A stretch of 34,991 nt of DNA from Alphaproteobacteria bacterium (GTDB taxonomy: Bacteria > Pseudomonadota > Alphaproteobacteria > GCA-2731375), in the NCBI GenBank assembly GCA_046582595.1, contig JAYGEB010000363.1:1-34991 (forward strand), in the 5' to 3' direction. The position numbers were made by a program, and so were the translations under genes. Below, in pieces: positions 18,781 through 28,310 of this stretch (positions within the stretch are counted from its first letter, which is position 1; each line of letters starts with the position of its first letter). Under the pieces are notes generated by a model. It saw nothing but the letters and a program-made list of their open reading frames with translations. It searched no databases and was not told where the DNA came from.

Positions 18781-19360
18781 CTAGTCCTCGGCCCCCGCCG
18801 CCACGCCCGCCTTGAACCGGGCATCGGCCTGGCGGAACACCTTGCGGGTGTTGTCCATGTCCCAGGCTTCCTCGATCAGGGTTTCGTGGTCCCATTGGCT
18901 GCGCGGCCGGGATTGGTTTGAAAAAATTGCCGCCATAGACATGCAGGGCCGAGGTCAGCTTGCGGATCGGATTGGCGACGGAATGAATGATCTCGGGACC
19001 AAGGGTGGCGACCTGTCCCGCGCCCAATGAATCCGTTCCCGCCGCCTCCAGGGCCGGGCCGTCGGGATCATCCAGGCGGCGCCAGAAGATATTGTCTTCC
19101 CGCCCGCCATAAATGCCGATCACCGCGAACATATTGTGGTTGTGCGGCAACAGGGTCATATAGGGCGCCCAAACAAAATTGATCACGGTCAAATCGTCTG
19201 CCTGATACAGGGGATAGACGCCGGCCCGGTCGGGCTCCCCCAATTCCGCGACAATGCCGGCGGGGTCCGCGACCGCTTCCAAGACGGCCTCGCGAATGGC
19301 CGTTTGACCCTCGCCAATGAGGGTCTTGCAGGTTTCGATAAAGCGTTCTTTCCGGAACAT
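18781..19360 (-). pseudogene. Cysteine dioxygenase-like cupin metalloenzyme with a +1 frameshift near 18910-18925
   Basis: LLPHNHNM...IIHSVANP...ALHVYGGNFF 3-His cupin. The likely C-terminus PRSQWDHETLIEEAWDMDNTRKVFRQADARF...ED* lies in the +1 frame and ends at 18781. Confidence 0.75.
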
Positions 19361-19418
19361 TCTGGCAACCTTTCAAATATGAACGAAGCGGAAAAGCCGC
19401 CCTTTCAAGATCGCTAGC

Positions 19419-20618
19419 TTAATCATTTGCCGCCGGACGCGCCATGGCATCCGTTTCGATGGGCCAGATGCGTTGTAACAAACGCAGCAGCCCGACAAAT
19501 AGGATGACCATGACCATCATGCCCGCCGCAAGGAAGATGGGGGCCGCGGCCGTGCCGCTGATATCCCTGCTCCAGCCCGCCAACGCCGGGGCCACCGTCA
19601 TGCCCACGAAATACCAGGTGTAAAATATCCCCAATCCCGGACCCCGGTTGCCGGAACTGACCGCCTCCGCCGTGAGGGCCATGACGGCGCCCGCGGGAAG
19701 GCCAAAACATAGGCCCGCCAAAATATACGAGAACTCCGGCGCCAGACCCTGCGCGATGGCCAGCATGGCGCCGGCGGTAATCAGATAGCACACCACTATG
19801 GTTGGCGTGATGTAACCCAGCATTTCCACCGCCCGGCCGCCCAGGGGCAATGAAAACAGCATCACCCACATGAACAGACTGGCCGCCGTACGGGCGGATG
19901 CGCCGTCATAACCGCTTTCAACCAAGGCGCCGGGGCCGAAACTGACCGCCACGATCAAAGCGGCATTCAACATGGTCCAGGCGATGGCGACCGCGCTCAT
20001 ATGTATGAATTGCCGCATCGGCAGGCCAAAGCGCGGAGGCGCTGTATCCTTCGCCGCCGGGGCCGGCGCCTCCCGGTAGAACCATAATGTAAGAAGCAGG
20101 CCGAAAAGGGCCAGTCCGGCGGTGGCATACATCGCCCAATTCCAGCCGTACAATTCACCGATGGGGGCCAGAGTGTGCAGACCCAGCACGATGCCAATGG
20201 GCCAAGCCGTCAGCATGATACCCAACGCGGTGACGATCTCCTTCTCGAAAAACCACTCCGACACCATTTTGGTCAGGATGACGTTGAAAATGCTGCCGCC
20301 GATCCCCGTCAGCAAACGGCCCCAATACAAAGACGAGGGGTTGGCCGCCATGCCCATGACAATACCGCCCGCGACCATGGCGCCCGCCCCCAGCATCAAC
20401 AGGTTCTTGTCCGTCACGGCGCGGGTCATCAGGCCGGAGGGAATGGAGACGACGATACCCGGAAGCAGGAAAAATCCGATCAGCGTGCCAATCTCGGCAT
20501 AGCTGAAGCCGAATTCCTCGACCAGCGTGGATGACAGCGAGGCGACGGATTGGAATTGATAACCCATGGACAGGCGCACAAGGAACAACAGCAACAACAT
20601 GACCCAACGCATCGGCAT
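19419..20618 (-). CDS. MFS transporter
   Basis: About 12 hydrophobic segments; WGRLLTGIGG and SEWFFEKE motifs. Confidence 0.88.
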   Translation of the reverse strand: MPMRWVMLLLLFLVRLSMGYQFQSVASLSSTLVEEFGFSYAEIGTLIGFFLLPGIVVSIPSGLMTRAVTDKNLLMLGAGAMVAGGIVMGMAANPSSLYWGRLLTGIGGSIFNVILTKMVSEWFFEKEIVTALGIMLTAWPIGIVLGLHTLAPIGELYGWNWAMYATAGLALFGLLLTLWFYREAPAPAAKDTAPPRFGLPMRQFIHMSAVAIAWTMLNAALIVAVSFGPGALVESGYDGASARTAASLFMWVMLFSLPLGGRAVEMLGYITPTIVVCYLITAGAMLAIAQGLAPEFSYILAGLCFGLPAGAVMALTAEAVSSGNRGPGLGIFYTWYFVGMTVAPALAGWSRDISGTAAAPIFLAAGMMVMVILFVGLLRLLQRIWPIETDAMARPAAND

Positions 20619-20621
20619 GAA

Positions 20622-21464
20622 CTATTCCCCCAACAGCGCCGCCAGCCCGGCGCGGTAATTGGGATAGCGCAGACGCACCCCCAACTCGTCCTTGATGCGG
20701 TCATTGCGAACGCGTTTGTTATCGCCGAAAAAGCTGGCCGCCATGGGGCTCAGACCGGCCTGGTCGAAGGCGATTTCGGGCGGCGGGGCCTGGCCCAGAA
20801 GGCCGGCCGCATGGGCGATCACATCCTGGGGCGGGGCGGCTTCGTCATCGCAGACATTGTAGACGGCGCCCGGATTTGGCCGCGCGATGGAGGCGGCCAG
20901 GACCATTGCCAGATCATCCACATGGATGCGGGAAAACACCTGGCCCGGTTTGACGATGCGCCGGGCCGTGCCCCTCCGAAGGTTTTCCAGGGCATTGCGG
21001 CCGGGGCCGTAAAGGCCGGCCAGGCGGAATATGTGCAGGGCCAGGCCATGACGACGGGTCCAGTCCAGCCAGGCCCGCTCCACCGCGACCCGTGCCCTGC
21101 CCCGCCGGTGCGGGGGCGCGGTGGGCGTCGTTTCATCCACCCAAGCACCGCCATGATCGCCATAGACGCCGGTGGTCGAGAGATAACCCAGCCAGCGGAG
21201 ACCGGGCAGTTTGGCGATGTCGTCGCCATGGCATGCCAATACCGGGTCGCCCCCCTCATCGGGTGGAATGGAAAGCAATATGTGTGTCGTGCCGGCCAAT
21301 GCGCGGCCAGGATCTGTCAAGGGTTGCTCCCGGTTGAAAGGAATGGTCCCCCCCTCCCCCTCCCGGCTGGTGCCGCTGAAAGTCCAATTCTGCCCCGATA
21401 GGCGCCGCCTCAAGGCCTGGGCGCTAAATCCCATGCCGAAGCAGAACATATTTTCATTCGCCAC
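20622..21464 (-). CDS. Atypical SDR / NAD-dependent epimerase (YeeZ-like)
   Basis: FGMGFS, YLSTTGVYGD, FRLAGLYGPGR, FSRIHVDD, YNVCDD. Confidence 0.88.
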   Translation of the reverse strand: MANENMFCFGMGFSAQALRRRLSGQNWTFSGTSREGEGGTIPFNREQPLTDPGRALAGTTHILLSIPPDEGGDPVLACHGDDIAKLPGLRWLGYLSTTGVYGDHGGAWVDETTPTAPPHRRGRARVAVERAWLDWTRRHGLALHIFRLAGLYGPGRNALENLRRGTARRIVKPGQVFSRIHVDDLAMVLAASIARPNPGAVYNVCDDEAAPPQDVIAHAAGLLGQAPPPEIAFDQAGLSPMAASFFGDNKRVRNDRIKDELGVRLRYPNYRAGLAALLGE

Positions 21465-21659
21465 TCTCAATCCACCCCCTATGCACCCCGGCCATGAATA
21501 CGGGCGGAGAATATTGCGGACATGTACTCCCTATGTGTCCCCAAAGTGCGGCCAAAATTTTTCAGGCGCCGGTGTTGGAACCGCCCCGTAGGCCCCAATG
21601 GCCATCGATTTTAGTGATGCCGTAGAGCGGTTACAGGTGCCTTTTTCGCGACCTCCCCG

Positions 21660-22148
21660 TCAATCTTCATTCGACCTGCTTTCGAAAGGCGCGATGGCAT
21701 GGATGTGGTTGATGATAATGGTGCGGTCCTTGAAAAACCAGCGGCCGTCCACCTTGACCAGTTTGTCTTCATAGCGCCCGGCGCTGACGTTGATGACACC
21801 CTCGGCAATCATTACGGCGGAGGAATCCAAATAGCATTCGGCCGTGGCCGCATCGCCATCGACCGTGACAAAGGGCACGGAATTGCGATGCCGTCGGTAG
21901 CGCCGCGCTGCCCGCACCCGTTTATCGTAGCTTTCGAACCAAGCGCGGATCGCCGCCCGCCCTTCAAATATTTCCACGCCCTCGTGCAACGGCCGCAGGA
22001 TCGCATCCTCGGCGAACAGAGCCGCGATCTCGTCCACCGTGCCCCGGTCGACCACATGGCAATATTGGTTGAGCAGGGACTGTATGGCCAATTGATCCGC
22101 CACCGGCTGATCCGGCCCGCCAGTCATTTTGAATTCGGTTCCCGTCAT
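21660..22148 (-). CDS. Nuclear transport factor 2 / SnoaL-like protein
   Basis: DQLAIQSLLNQYCHVVD, LFAEDA, GRAAIR, GRYEDKLVKVDGRWFF. Confidence 0.85.
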   Translation of the reverse strand: MTGTEFKMTGGPDQPVADQLAIQSLLNQYCHVVDRGTVDEIAALFAEDAILRPLHEGVEIFEGRAAIRAWFESYDKRVRAARRYRRHRNSVPFVTVDGDAATAECYLDSSAVMIAEGVINVSAGRYEDKLVKVDGRWFFKDRTIIINHIHAIAPFESRSNED

Positions 22149-22317
22149 TGCCCGATCACCCCTCTGGCCCCTAACCGACGACCAAGAACGCACGGAGGTC
22201 AATTACGCCGCGCTGAATATACTCATTTTCTTCCTTCGGCGTATCGTTTGTGGCGGTCTTTCATCACCGGGGGATTGTTTTCCTTGCGTCGCCGTCCGGG
22301 CCGTCTATGATCCGGGC

Positions 22318-22410
22318 CACAGCGGGGGGAGCTACCACGGTAGCTGAGAGGTTCCTGACACAGGACGACCCCTTGAACCTGATCCGGATCGTACCGGCGG
22401 AGGGACGCGT
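22318..22410 (+). ncRNA. TPP (thiamine pyrophosphate) riboswitch
   Basis: GGGGAGC...GCTGAGAG...GACCCCTTGAACCTGATCCGGATCGTACCGGCGGAGGGA consensus directly upstream of thiZXY. Confidence 0.95.
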
Positions 22411-22413
22411 CAC

Positions 22414-23169
22414 ATGTCAGCCCGAATATCCGAGACGACGACGGCCGGGCCGCCCATTGGCATAGCGCTGCGGGGCGCGGCCCTGGCGTTTGGCGAGAAG
22501 CTGATCTTTACCGGCTTGGATTTGGACATACCGGCGGAGCAGACGACCTGTCTCTTGGGGCCTTCCGGTGTTGGGAAATCCTCGCTGCTGCGCCTGATCG
22601 CCGGCATTTCACCGGAGGCGGAGGCGGAGAGCCTGACGGCCAGCGACGGCGGCCCCCTCGCCGGCCGCATCGCCTATATGGATCAGCGTGATCTGCTGCT
22701 GCCCTGGCTCTCCGTGCTGGACAACGTCACCCTGGGCGCCCGCCTGCGCGGCGCGGCGGTGGACGGGCACCGGGCGATGGCGTTGTTGCAGCAGGTCGGT
22801 CTGGAGGATGAAGCCCAAAGCCTGCCCGCCGCGTTGTCCGGCGGCATGCGCCAACGCGCGGCCCTGGCGCGCACCCTGATGGAAGACAGGGCCCTGGTCT
22901 TGATGGACGAACCGTTTTCGGCGGTGGATGCCCTGACCCGTTTGCGTCTACAGGATCTGGCGGCGGAGCTGCTGGCCGGGCGCGGCGTCCTGCTGGTTAC
23001 GCACGACCCGATGGAAGCCTTGCGTCTCGGTCATCGTATATTGATTTTGCGTGGCGCCCCGGCCCGCCCGGGCGAAGTACTGGAACCGGCGGGCCCGCCG
23101 CCACGGCCGGCCTCGGACCCAGTCCTGCACGGCTTGGCGGCGGGCATCCTGCGCGACCTGGCCGGATGA
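22414..23169 (+). CDS. thiZ: Hydroxymethylpyrimidine/thiamine-precursor ABC ATP-binding protein
   Basis: GPSGVGKS, LSGGMRQR, MDEPFSAVD; sits under a TPP riboswitch. Confidence 0.82.
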   Translation: MSARISETTTAGPPIGIALRGAALAFGEKLIFTGLDLDIPAEQTTCLLGPSGVGKSSLLRLIAGISPEAEAESLTASDGGPLAGRIAYMDQRDLLLPWLSVLDNVTLGARLRGAAVDGHRAMALLQQVGLEDEAQSLPAALSGGMRQRAALARTLMEDRALVLMDEPFSAVDALTRLRLQDLAAELLAGRGVLLVTHDPMEALRLGHRILILRGAPARPGEVLEPAGPPPRPASDPVLHGLAAGILRDLAG

Positions 23170-23178
23170 TAACGGGCG

Positions 23179-23949
23179 ATGCAAGCCGTAGGCCGCGCCC
23201 TGGTCACCTTCGCCCTCCTGTTGGCGGGCTGGCAGACTTTGGTCTGGGCGACGGCGGTGGAACCCTTCATTCTGCCGGGACCATGGCTGGTGCTGCAAAG
23301 TCTCGTGGCGCACCCGGAACTGATCGGCGGACATGCCGTCATCACCTTGCTGGAGATCGTCCTTGGACTGATCTGCGGCGGCGGCCTCGGCATGATCAGC
23401 GCGGTCAGCCTGAGCTGGCTGCCCGGGTTGCGGCGCTGGCTGCTGCCGTTGTTGGTGGTCGCCCAGGCGATCCCGGTGTTCGCCCTGGCCCCGGTGCTGG
23501 TATTGTGGCTTGGCTATGGCCTGGCCTCGAAAGTGATGATGGCCAGCCTGATCATTTTCTTTCCCGTTACCACCGCCTTTCTGGACGGCCTGCGGCGGAC
23601 CGAGCCGGGCTGGCTGGATCTGGCCCAGACCATGACCGCCGGGCAGCGCCGACCGGGGCGCTGGGCCGTGCTGCGCCATATCCGTATTCCCGCCGCCCTG
23701 CCCGCGTTGGCCTCGGGCTTGCGCGTGGCCGCCGCCGTGGCGCCCATCGGCGCCGTGGTGGGGGAATGGGTCGGCTCCTCCGCCAGCCTGGGGTACCTGA
23801 TGTTGCATGCCAACGGGCGCATGCAGATCGATCTGTTGTTCGCCGCCCTGTTCGTGCTGGCGGCCATGGCCGTGACGATTTTCTTTTCAGTGGACTGGCT
23901 GTTGCGGCGGTTGTTGCCGTGGCAGCCGGACACTTTGCCAAACAAATAG
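23179..23949 (+). CDS. thiX: Hydroxymethylpyrimidine ABC permease
   Basis: QAIPVFALAP, IFFPV, IPAALP and GAVVGEW motifs of SsuC/ThiX-type permeases. Confidence 0.82.
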   Translation: MQAVGRALVTFALLLAGWQTLVWATAVEPFILPGPWLVLQSLVAHPELIGGHAVITLLEIVLGLICGGGLGMISAVSLSWLPGLRRWLLPLLVVAQAIPVFALAPVLVLWLGYGLASKVMMASLIIFFPVTTAFLDGLRRTEPGWLDLAQTMTAGQRRPGRWAVLRHIRIPAALPALASGLRVAAAVAPIGAVVGEWVGSSASLGYLMLHANGRMQIDLLFAALFVLAAMAVTIFFSVDWLLRRLLPWQPDTLPNK

Positions 23950-23962
23950 GAGACGAATTACC

Positions 23963-24910
23963 ATGCGACGTTTCATTGCCCTGCTTTCACTTGCCATTTG
24001 TCTAGGCGCATTGCCTCTCCCCGCCGCCGTGGCGGCGGAAAAATTGACCCTGATACTGGATTGGTTCATCAATCCCGATCACGCCACCCTGATGATCGCC
24101 CAGGAACGGGGCTATTTCGCCGATGCCGGCCTGGAGGTGGAGATCATCGCGCCGGCCGATCCCAACGACCCACCCAAACTGGTGGCCGCCCGCAAGGCCG
24201 ATCTGGCGATCTCCTATCAGCCGCAATTGCATGTACAGGTCGATCGGGGCCTGCCCTTGCGCCGCATCGCCACGCTGATCTCGACCCCCTTGAATAGCCT
24301 CGTGGTGCTGGCGGACGGACCGATCAAATCCATCGCCGATCTGAAGGGCCGCAAGGTGGGGTTTTCGGTTGGCGGTTTTGAAGAGGCGCTGCTGTCGGCA
24401 ATGCTGGGCCGCGTGGGTTTGAGCCTGAAGGACGTGACCTTGATCAATGTCAATTTTTCCCTGTCGCCGGCCCTCATTACGGGGCAAGTGGACGCGGTTA
24501 TCGGGGCCTTCCGCAATTTTGAACTGAACCAGATGGATATCGTCAATCGCCCCGGCCGAGCCTTTTTCGTGGAGGAAGAGGGCGTGCCGGCCTACGACGA
24601 ATTGATTATCGTGGCCCATGCCGACCGCCTGGGCGACGACCGGTTACGCCGGTTCGTTGGCGCCCTGGAGGCGGCGGCGCTATATCTGGTCAATCATCCC
24701 AAGGAAAGTTGGCTTTTGTTCATCAAGGGCCGCAAGGAACTGGACGATGAGTTGAACAAACGCGCCTTTCGCGACACCTTGCCCCGCTTCGCCTTGCGCC
24801 CGGCGGCCCTGGATCACGGCCGCTACATCCGCATGGCGCGGTTCCTCAAGGATCAGGGCCTTATCATCAAGGTTTTAAGCATGGACAAATATGCCGTGGA
24901 ATTGCGGTAG
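23963..24910 (+). CDS. thiY: NMT1/THI5-like substrate-binding protein
   Basis: Signal peptide, LDWFINPDH, ISYQPQ, GAFRNFE. Confidence 0.88.
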   Translation: MRRFIALLSLAICLGALPLPAAVAAEKLTLILDWFINPDHATLMIAQERGYFADAGLEVEIIAPADPNDPPKLVAARKADLAISYQPQLHVQVDRGLPLRRIATLISTPLNSLVVLADGPIKSIADLKGRKVGFSVGGFEEALLSAMLGRVGLSLKDVTLINVNFSLSPALITGQVDAVIGAFRNFELNQMDIVNRPGRAFFVEEEGVPAYDELIIVAHADRLGDDRLRRFVGALEAAALYLVNHPKESWLLFIKGRKELDDELNKRAFRDTLPRFALRPAALDHGRYIRMARFLKDQGLIIKVLSMDKYAVELR

Positions 24911-24975
24911 GAAAAAAGCTGCCGGCGCCGGAGCCGTACAGATATAGAGCCTTTTCAACGATGGTTGAAAATGCC

Positions 24976-25821
24976 CTAAACGAACACGATCTCGGCGACC
25001 AGCGGACCCTTGGGGCCATTGCCGATACGGATTTGCAACGCCTGTCCGGGCAACAGATCGTCGGTCCCGAAACGGCGCAGGGTCTCGATGTGAATGAAGA
25101 CATCATCGGTGTCCTCGCCGCGGGTGACGAAGCCGTAACCCTTGACGCGGTTGAACCACTTCACCGTGGCATCGACGAATTCGCCTTCCGCCTCGACCAA
25201 CGCCGGACGGGCGTCTTCCGCCGGGCGAACCGGCCGGGGCGGCGGCACCAGGGCGTTGGTGTCATCGGTGGAAATCACGCGGATCGCCTGTTGGCCCCGC
25301 TCCCGCTGAACAACTTCACAGACGACGGCGGTACCTTCGAAAATTATTTCAACCCCGGCGTCACGCAGGATGGATTTATGTATAAGCACGTCCCCGGAAT
25401 TGTCGGAGGGGACAAAGAAGCCATAGCCCTTTACGGCATCGAACCATTTGACCAGACCGTCCTTGACCTCGCCCGCGGGTTCCGCAGTGGCCGCGCCGGC
25501 ATCTTCGGAGGCTTCCGCGCTGGCATCTTCCACACCGGCATCTTCCACACCGGCATCTTCCACACCGGCGGCTTTCGCGCCGGCATCTTCCACACCGGCA
25601 TCTTCCACACCGGCATCTTCCACACCGGCATCTTCCACACCGGCGGCTTCCGCGCCGGCATCTTCCACACTGACGGCTTCCACACTGGCAACTTCGACCG
25701 TGCGATGCTCCACATTCAGCTTCGCAACGTTGTCACTGCTTTGGTCACCGGCCTGGTCGCGATGATCGCCGCTGCCTTTATCGCTTTTTTGATCGTCGAG
25801 ATTTGTTACATTTAAAGCCAT
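24976..25821 (-). CDS. Two-domain cold-shock protein (CspC/CspD-like) with a long acidic repeat N-terminus
   Basis: Two CSDs: [13 protein letters not shown]...DVLIH and [13 protein letters not shown]...DVFIH. Confidence 0.88.
   Translation of the reverse strand: MALNVTNLDDQKSDKGSGDHRDQAGDQSSDNVAKLNVEHRTVEVASVEAVSVEDAGAEAAGVEDAGVEDAGVEDAGVEDAGAKAAGVEDAGVEDAGVEDASAEASEDAGAATAEPAGEVKDGLVKWFDAVKGYGFFVPSDNSGDVLIHKSILRDAGVEIIFEGTAVVCEVVQRERGQQAIRVISTDDTNALVPPPRPVRPAEDARPALVEAEGEFVDATVKWFNRVKGYGFVTRGEDTDDVFIHIETLRRFGTDDLLPGQALQIRIGNGPKGPLVAEIVFV
25519..25698 (-). repeat. 15-bp coding tandem repeat, 12 units (consensus GTGGAAGATGCCGGT = VEDAG)
   Basis: [20 protein letters not shown] (VEDAG)x4 AKAAG (VEDAG)x2 VEDAS. 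Confidence 0.95.
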
Positions 25822-26097
25822 AAGACCCGCTTCCCCCCGCGAGTACTCGCCCAAAAACAAGCCGACTACTCACCTTGCATTTACGAGTTAACCAAACCCT
25901 AACATATAACCTTACCGGCGACAAACAGGTCTTGGCAACCTATAATTGATGTGGTTACGTCAAGGGCACGGAAAAACAGCTTGTGTTCCGCCGCTAATTG
26001 AACCAAATGGCAACGGGTTTGCGCTTTCCGCTGGCAATGGCGGTGTTGGCCATACTAACCTTTCAAAAGTTCGAATCAGGCACGGCACCGAAGCATT

Positions 26098-26634
26098 GTG
26101 AACGTCAGCGACAAACAGGGCGGCGGCGAGGGCGGCGGAAGGCCGGCCTACCGTCCGGTCATCCATGGCATCGGGTTATGCGTGGCGCTTGCGGCCTGTT
26201 GGCTGCTGTTGTCAGGCTATTTTCATTTATTGCTGCTCGGCCTGGGCGCCGGATCGGTGGTCTTCTGTCTGTGGATCGCCATGCGCATGGACCTGGTCGA
26301 CGACGAGGGCGTGCCGCTGCATATCACCTGGGCCACATTGCGTTATCTGCCGTGGCTGTTGTGGGAAATCGTCAAGGCCAATATCGACGTGGCAAGGCGG
26401 GTGATCGACCCCGCCCTGCCCATCGCGCCCAGTTTGTTCGATGCGCCGGTCAGTCAAAAAACCGATTTGGGACAAGTCCTGTACGCCAATTCCATTACCC
26501 TGACACCCGGCACGGTCGCCGTCGATCTGGACCATGGCGTGATCCGGGTCCACGCCTTGCATGATGGTGCCGCCGACGGCGTGCTTGAAGGTGAAATGGA
26601 CGCACGGGTCGGCGCGGTGGAGGGGCGGAGATGA
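26098..26634 (+). CDS. mrpE: Mrp Na+/H+ antiporter subunit E
   Basis: WLLLSG, EIVKANIDVA, YANSITLTPGT, VHAL. Start uncertain. Confidence 0.9.
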   Translation: MNVSDKQGGGEGGGRPAYRPVIHGIGLCVALAACWLLLSGYFHLLLLGLGAGSVVFCLWIAMRMDLVDDEGVPLHITWATLRYLPWLLWEIVKANIDVARRVIDPALPIAPSLFDAPVSQKTDLGQVLYANSITLTPGTVAVDLDHGVIRVHALHDGAADGVLEGEMDARVGAVEGRR

Positions 26635-26915
26635 TGTTCGTGATCACTACGTTCGCCATCCTGGTCGCCCTTGCCATCGCCCTGGTCCGTGCCTTCCTCG
26701 GCCCGACGGTGTTCGACCGGATCCTGGCGGTGAATTCCGTCGGCACCAAGACGGTGTTGTTGATTTCCGTCATGGGATTTCTCGCCGGCCGGCCCGACTT
26801 TCTGGATATTGCCATCGTCTACGCGCTGATCAATTTCATCGGCGTGGTCGCGGTGCTGAAATTTGTCAAATATGGCGACATGGCGTCTTCGGGCGACGGC
26901 GGAGACGCGGCATGA
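26631..26915 (+). CDS. mrpF: Mrp antiporter subunit F
   Basis: GPTVFDRILA, LDIAIVYALINF. Confidence 0.92.
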   Translation: MMFVITTFAILVALAIALVRAFLGPTVFDRILAVNSVGTKTVLLISVMGFLAGRPDFLDIAIVYALINFIGVVAVLKFVKYGDMASSGDGGDAA

Positions 26916-27286
26916 CCGGCCTGCTGCTGGATATTCTGAGTTGGCCGCTGCTGATGGCCGGCTCCGCGTTTGTCCTGATCGGCGCCTTTGGCATCTTGCG
27001 CCTGCCGGATTTTTACAGCCGGCTGCATCCCGCCGGTTTGACCGACACCATGGGCGCGGGCTTGATCCTACTGGGTCTGCTGCTGCAGGCGGAGGCGACC
27101 ATGGTGGCCATCAAATTGCTGATCATCGCGGTCTTTCTGCTGTTCACCTCGCCGACCACGGGGCACGCCACGGCGCGCGCCGCCCTGGCCGCCGGACTGC
27201 GGATCTGGCGGGCGCCCGGCGGCGGCACGACCGGCGCGGCAAGTCCCAAGAGCGGAAAGTCCGGGCCCGGGGATGATCGCGCGTGA
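26912..27286 (+). CDS. mrpG: Mrp antiporter subunit G
   Basis: GILRLPDFYSRLH, FTSPTTGH; ATGA overlap with mrpF. Confidence 0.92.
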   Translation: MTGLLLDILSWPLLMAGSAFVLIGAFGILRLPDFYSRLHPAGLTDTMGAGLILLGLLLQAEATMVAIKLLIIAVFLLFTSPTTGHATARAALAAGLRIWRAPGGGTTGAASPKSGKSGPGDDRA

Positions 27287-27897
27287 TCATTACCCTGATC
27301 GATATTGCCCTGCTGACTTTCATGGGGGCGACGGCGATCGCGATTTTGCGTCTGGGCAGCCTGTTTGCGGTGGTCATGCTGTCGGGCATTTACAGCCTGC
27401 TGGCCGCGTCCATGTTCGTGGCCCTGGACGCCGTCGATGTCGCATTTACCGAGGCCGCGGTCGGCGCCGGCATCTCGACGGTGTTGATGATGGCCACGCT
27501 CGCCCTGACCGGGGAGCGTGAACGCCCCTCCCACCGCAGACCGTATGTGCCCCTGGCGGTGGTTCTGATTACCGGCGCGGCCTTGATCTACGCCACCTGC
27601 GACATGCCTCCCTTCGGCGCCGCCGACGCGCCGGTGAACCTGCATGTGGCGCCCCGCTATCTGAATGAAAGTTTCGCCGAAGTCGGATTGCCCAACGTGG
27701 TGACGTCCATCCTGGCCTCATACCGCGGCTTTGACACCTTGGGCGAAGTGACGGTGATTTTCACCGCCGGGGTGGCGGTCATGCTGCTGCTGGGGGGCCG
27801 CAAGGGCGACGACGCCGGGATCAAGACCGAACCGCCTGAAGACGACAACCGCGATGACGACGATGACGGCGGCGGCGGCGGCGGGAGCGCCGCATGA
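27283..27897 (+). CDS. mrpB: Mrp subunit B N-terminal part (DUF4040)
   Basis: AVDVAFTEAAVGAG, NVVTSILASYRGFDTLGE. Confidence 0.85.
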   Translation: MIITLIDIALLTFMGATAIAILRLGSLFAVVMLSGIYSLLAASMFVALDAVDVAFTEAAVGAGISTVLMMATLALTGERERPSHRRPYVPLAVVLITGAALIYATCDMPPFGAADAPVNLHVAPRYLNESFAEVGLPNVVTSILASYRGFDTLGEVTVIFTAGVAVMLLLGGRKGDDAGIKTEPPEDDNRDDDDDGGGGGGSAA

Positions 27898-28310
27898 GGC
27901 ACCATCGCGTCCTGCGCATTGTTTCCAAGCTGTTGATCCCTTTCATCATGCTGTTCGCCCTGTATGTACAGTTTCATGGCGATTTCGGACCCGGCGGCGG
28001 CTTTCAGGCCGGTGTCATTTTCGCCTCGGCGTTTATCCTTTATGGCCTGATATTCGGGATGGAAAATGCCCGCAAGGTCGCGCCGCCCGGCGTGGTGACC
28101 CGTCTGCTCGCCGCGGGAGTGCTGATCTACGCGGGCACCGGTTATGCCGGCCTTATCGGCGGCGCCAACTTCCTCGACTACAACGTCCTCGGCGCCACCC
28201 CGGTGGCCGGGCAGCACCTGGGTATTCTGGTGATCGAATTCGGCGTCGGCACGACGGTGGCGGCGGCCATGATCACGATATTTTTCCTGTTTGCCGGGCG
28301 GGAGCGCTAG
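27894..28310 (+). CDS. mrpB: Mrp subunit B (MnhB domain)
   Basis: HGDFGPGGGFQAG, IEFGVG. Confidence 0.88.
   Translation: MRHHRVLRIVSKLLIPFIMLFALYVQFHGDFGPGGGFQAGVIFASAFILYGLIFGMENARKVAPPGVVTRLLAAGVLIYAGTGYAGLIGGANFLDYNVLGATPVAGQHLGILVIEFGVGTTVAAAMITIFFLFAGRER

Noticed and set aside
25519-25698. Possible CRISPR array
   Set aside because: Units are directly adjacent with no unique spacers, are in frame within a gene, and there are no cas genes.
24961-25815. Overlapping repeat proteins (GIFHT)n, (VWKMP)n and (PASST)n
   Set aside because: Alternative frames of the stop-free 15-bp repeat; only the VEDAG frame is continuous with the cold-shock domains.
27840-27890. GAC/GGC trinucleotide runs at the mrpB' 3' end
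   Set aside because: Short in-frame Asp/Gly low-complexity tail; no evidence of function.
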